A stretch of DNA of 63,333 bases, the filler included, from Dimorphilus gyrociliatus (taxonomy: Eukaryota; Animalia; Annelida): assembly GCA_904063045.1 (NCBI GenBank). It is 7 parts of 7 records of this genome, joined end to end, with 100 filler letters (N's around TTAATTAATTAA, not from the genome) between each part and the next. Parts side by side here need not be neighbours in the genome. Positions count along the whole stretch, not along the records: positions 61,790 to 63,333 come from CAJFCJ010000106.1; 6 more parts are not named here. One strand, given 5' to 3'. The stretch's first letter is position 1, and the number at the start of each line of letters is the position of its first letter. Shown here in pieces: positions 61,790 to 63,333 of this stretch. The position numbers and the translations under genes were made by a program. The notes under the pieces were generated by a model that did no database searches, was not told the DNA's origin, and was given only the letters and a program-made list of their open reading frames with translations.

Positions 61790-63333
61790 CTTTCTGACTA
61801 TTTGAATTTTTTCTTGAGCGAAGACCTTCTTGAATATTTCCAATGCTACGTAAAACTTCGGAAACTGATTGTTCATTATTGGATACTGTTTGTGCAGTTG
61901 TAAAAAACGTTTGTCCACCTGTTGCATCTGCTATAGCCTTTAGAAAAGGAGTTGCATGTCTTGTTAACATGATGCTGTAAACAGTGACGCCTGAATCGTA
62001 GGCAATTTCTTTCGCTCGTTGTAAGTCGTCATCGTCGGATTCTCCATCTGTCATGAGTATTAAAATACCTCCCCGAGCAGCATCACGTAAAGTCTCTACT
62101 CCGCCTTTTACTCCATACATGATGGAAGTTCCACCAGAGGCATAATTAGGAACCTTCTCTAGGATTCCTGGTTTATTCGCACTTGTTACAGTTATTAAAC
62201 TCTGTAAGACTCTGTGGCGATTATTAAATCGTACAATACCAATGCGATCACCAGGAACGACATAATCAGTTATGTACTCGATGCAGGCTGAATATACAAT
62301 CTGTCGTAGGGGATTTACGCCCCCATCTGGTATTTTATCCATACTGCCTGAAACATCAAGAACCAGTACAATATTTAGGGTGTCTGAAGTTTCTCGGTAA
62401 AAATGGAAATTTGGCCTCAAATTGATATTTCCTTGTTGAGCAATTGGTGGATTGTTGCCGTTTCTAAAATCATCCGATTCCCTCAAAACCTCCCAAGCAC
62501 TTTTTCCATCACAGAAATAGTTTTGAGGTGTTGGAGCATCTGAATTATGTCTTTCATTTTCTGGAATGTCTTCAGAATCATCACAAAATTTCGTAGCCTA
62601 TTTTCATTAAAATTAGTGTGATACTTATACGATAAAGAGTAATACAAACCCCACTAAATGGATAATACATCGCGCTTGCCGAATCATCTGCCTTTATCTT
62701 AAGTTTGCAGTTTTCTGGAACTTTTAGACATTTATCTGTCACTTGACACTCTTTGCCTTTACTATCAATCGTTTCAACTAGAATACTCTTGCTACATCTG
62801 TTTTTCATATTTCATATTTAACTTTTTACACAATCACTATAGTTATTTAGTAATCGGTACCTGATTGCCTCAACTTTGTTTCCAGCATTAACATAATATG
62901 CCTCTGATGATCGAAAGCATTTCCGAATTCATCTCGAAGACCATATAAAAGATGACCAAATAAATGAAGCATAAACGCTTGTGGTTTTCCAAAGGTACTT
63001 TTATCTCCTACTAGGAATTTGCGAGTAAAGTGTATGTATTCACCAGGTTCACCGCATTCTTCCAAATTTAGCACGTATGGATTATGTCCGTATTGAGCAT
63101 TGGGTTTTTCAGTCACAATAATGCTTTCTACAGGTATTTGATTAGTAACTTTCGTAGAACTAATCGATGTCCAATTTTCTAGAATGAAAAGAAACAAGTA
63201 TCATACAATCTGGATTAATGAAAAGTGTGATGAATATCACCTGGTATTATAATATTGACATTTTCAATGTAGCCTCTTCTGTTAGTAGCTTTGAAGAGAG
63301 CTTCAGAGCTATTCGTTAATAGCCACTGTGAAA
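61790..63333 (-). CDS. CLCA: CLCA-like protein (N-terminal metalloprotease-like domain + vWA), partial, three introns seen
   Basis: LFKATNRR, CGEPGEYIHFT, FC..HN.DAP.QN.FC..SAWEVL, VLVLDVSGSM, GGTSI, ILMTDGE. Introns of 52, 63 and 62 bp. Confidence 0.9.

Noticed and set aside
61734-61927. ORF-track extensions through N runs (also 28039-28090)
   Set aside because: The X residues and their stops come from the spacer. The real genes are simply truncated.
1-63333. rRNA, tRNA, prophage or bacterial defence system
   Set aside because: No such signatures were recognised. All identifiable content is eukaryotic. A tRNAscan/Infernal run would be needed to exclude small RNAs.

Overview
This window is not one locus. 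It is seven contigs joined by six artificial 100-bp spacers (44 N + TTAATTAATTAA + 44 N): 1-7458, 7559-27990, 28091-39348, 39449-46995, 47096-55259, 55360-61689 and 61790-63333. They appear to come from two organisms. Contigs 3 and 6 (and probably 1) look microsporidian. They carry compact intronless genes (RPA49, RPS27, a Gti1/Pac2 WOPR factor, separase, MscS, a secreted orphan) with CCC-like motifs just before the ATG, plus Merlin, Tc1 and RLE-type non-LTR elements. Contigs 2, 4, 5 and 7 look like an AT-rich invertebrate animal with mostly 50-130 bp GT-AG introns. They contain (i) a GRL101-type lectin/LDLa/LRR/7TM receptor whose spliced tail encodes a kinase-like remnant, (ii) a multi-MAM serine protease homolog lacking all three catalytic residues, (iii) a small GDPH/ITIH-C-terminal protein, (iv) a CLCA with HLxxH instead of HExxH, (v) two related Ty3/Gypsy lineages with env-like ORFs, (vi) an apparently intact PHD-FLYWCH MULE inside a receptor intron, and (vii) nested mariner, LTR and minisatellite repeats. 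Many frameshifts sit in homopolymers and are probably sequencing errors. I found no rRNA, tRNA or CRISPR array. All calls come from motif recognition and manual translation; no database search was run.
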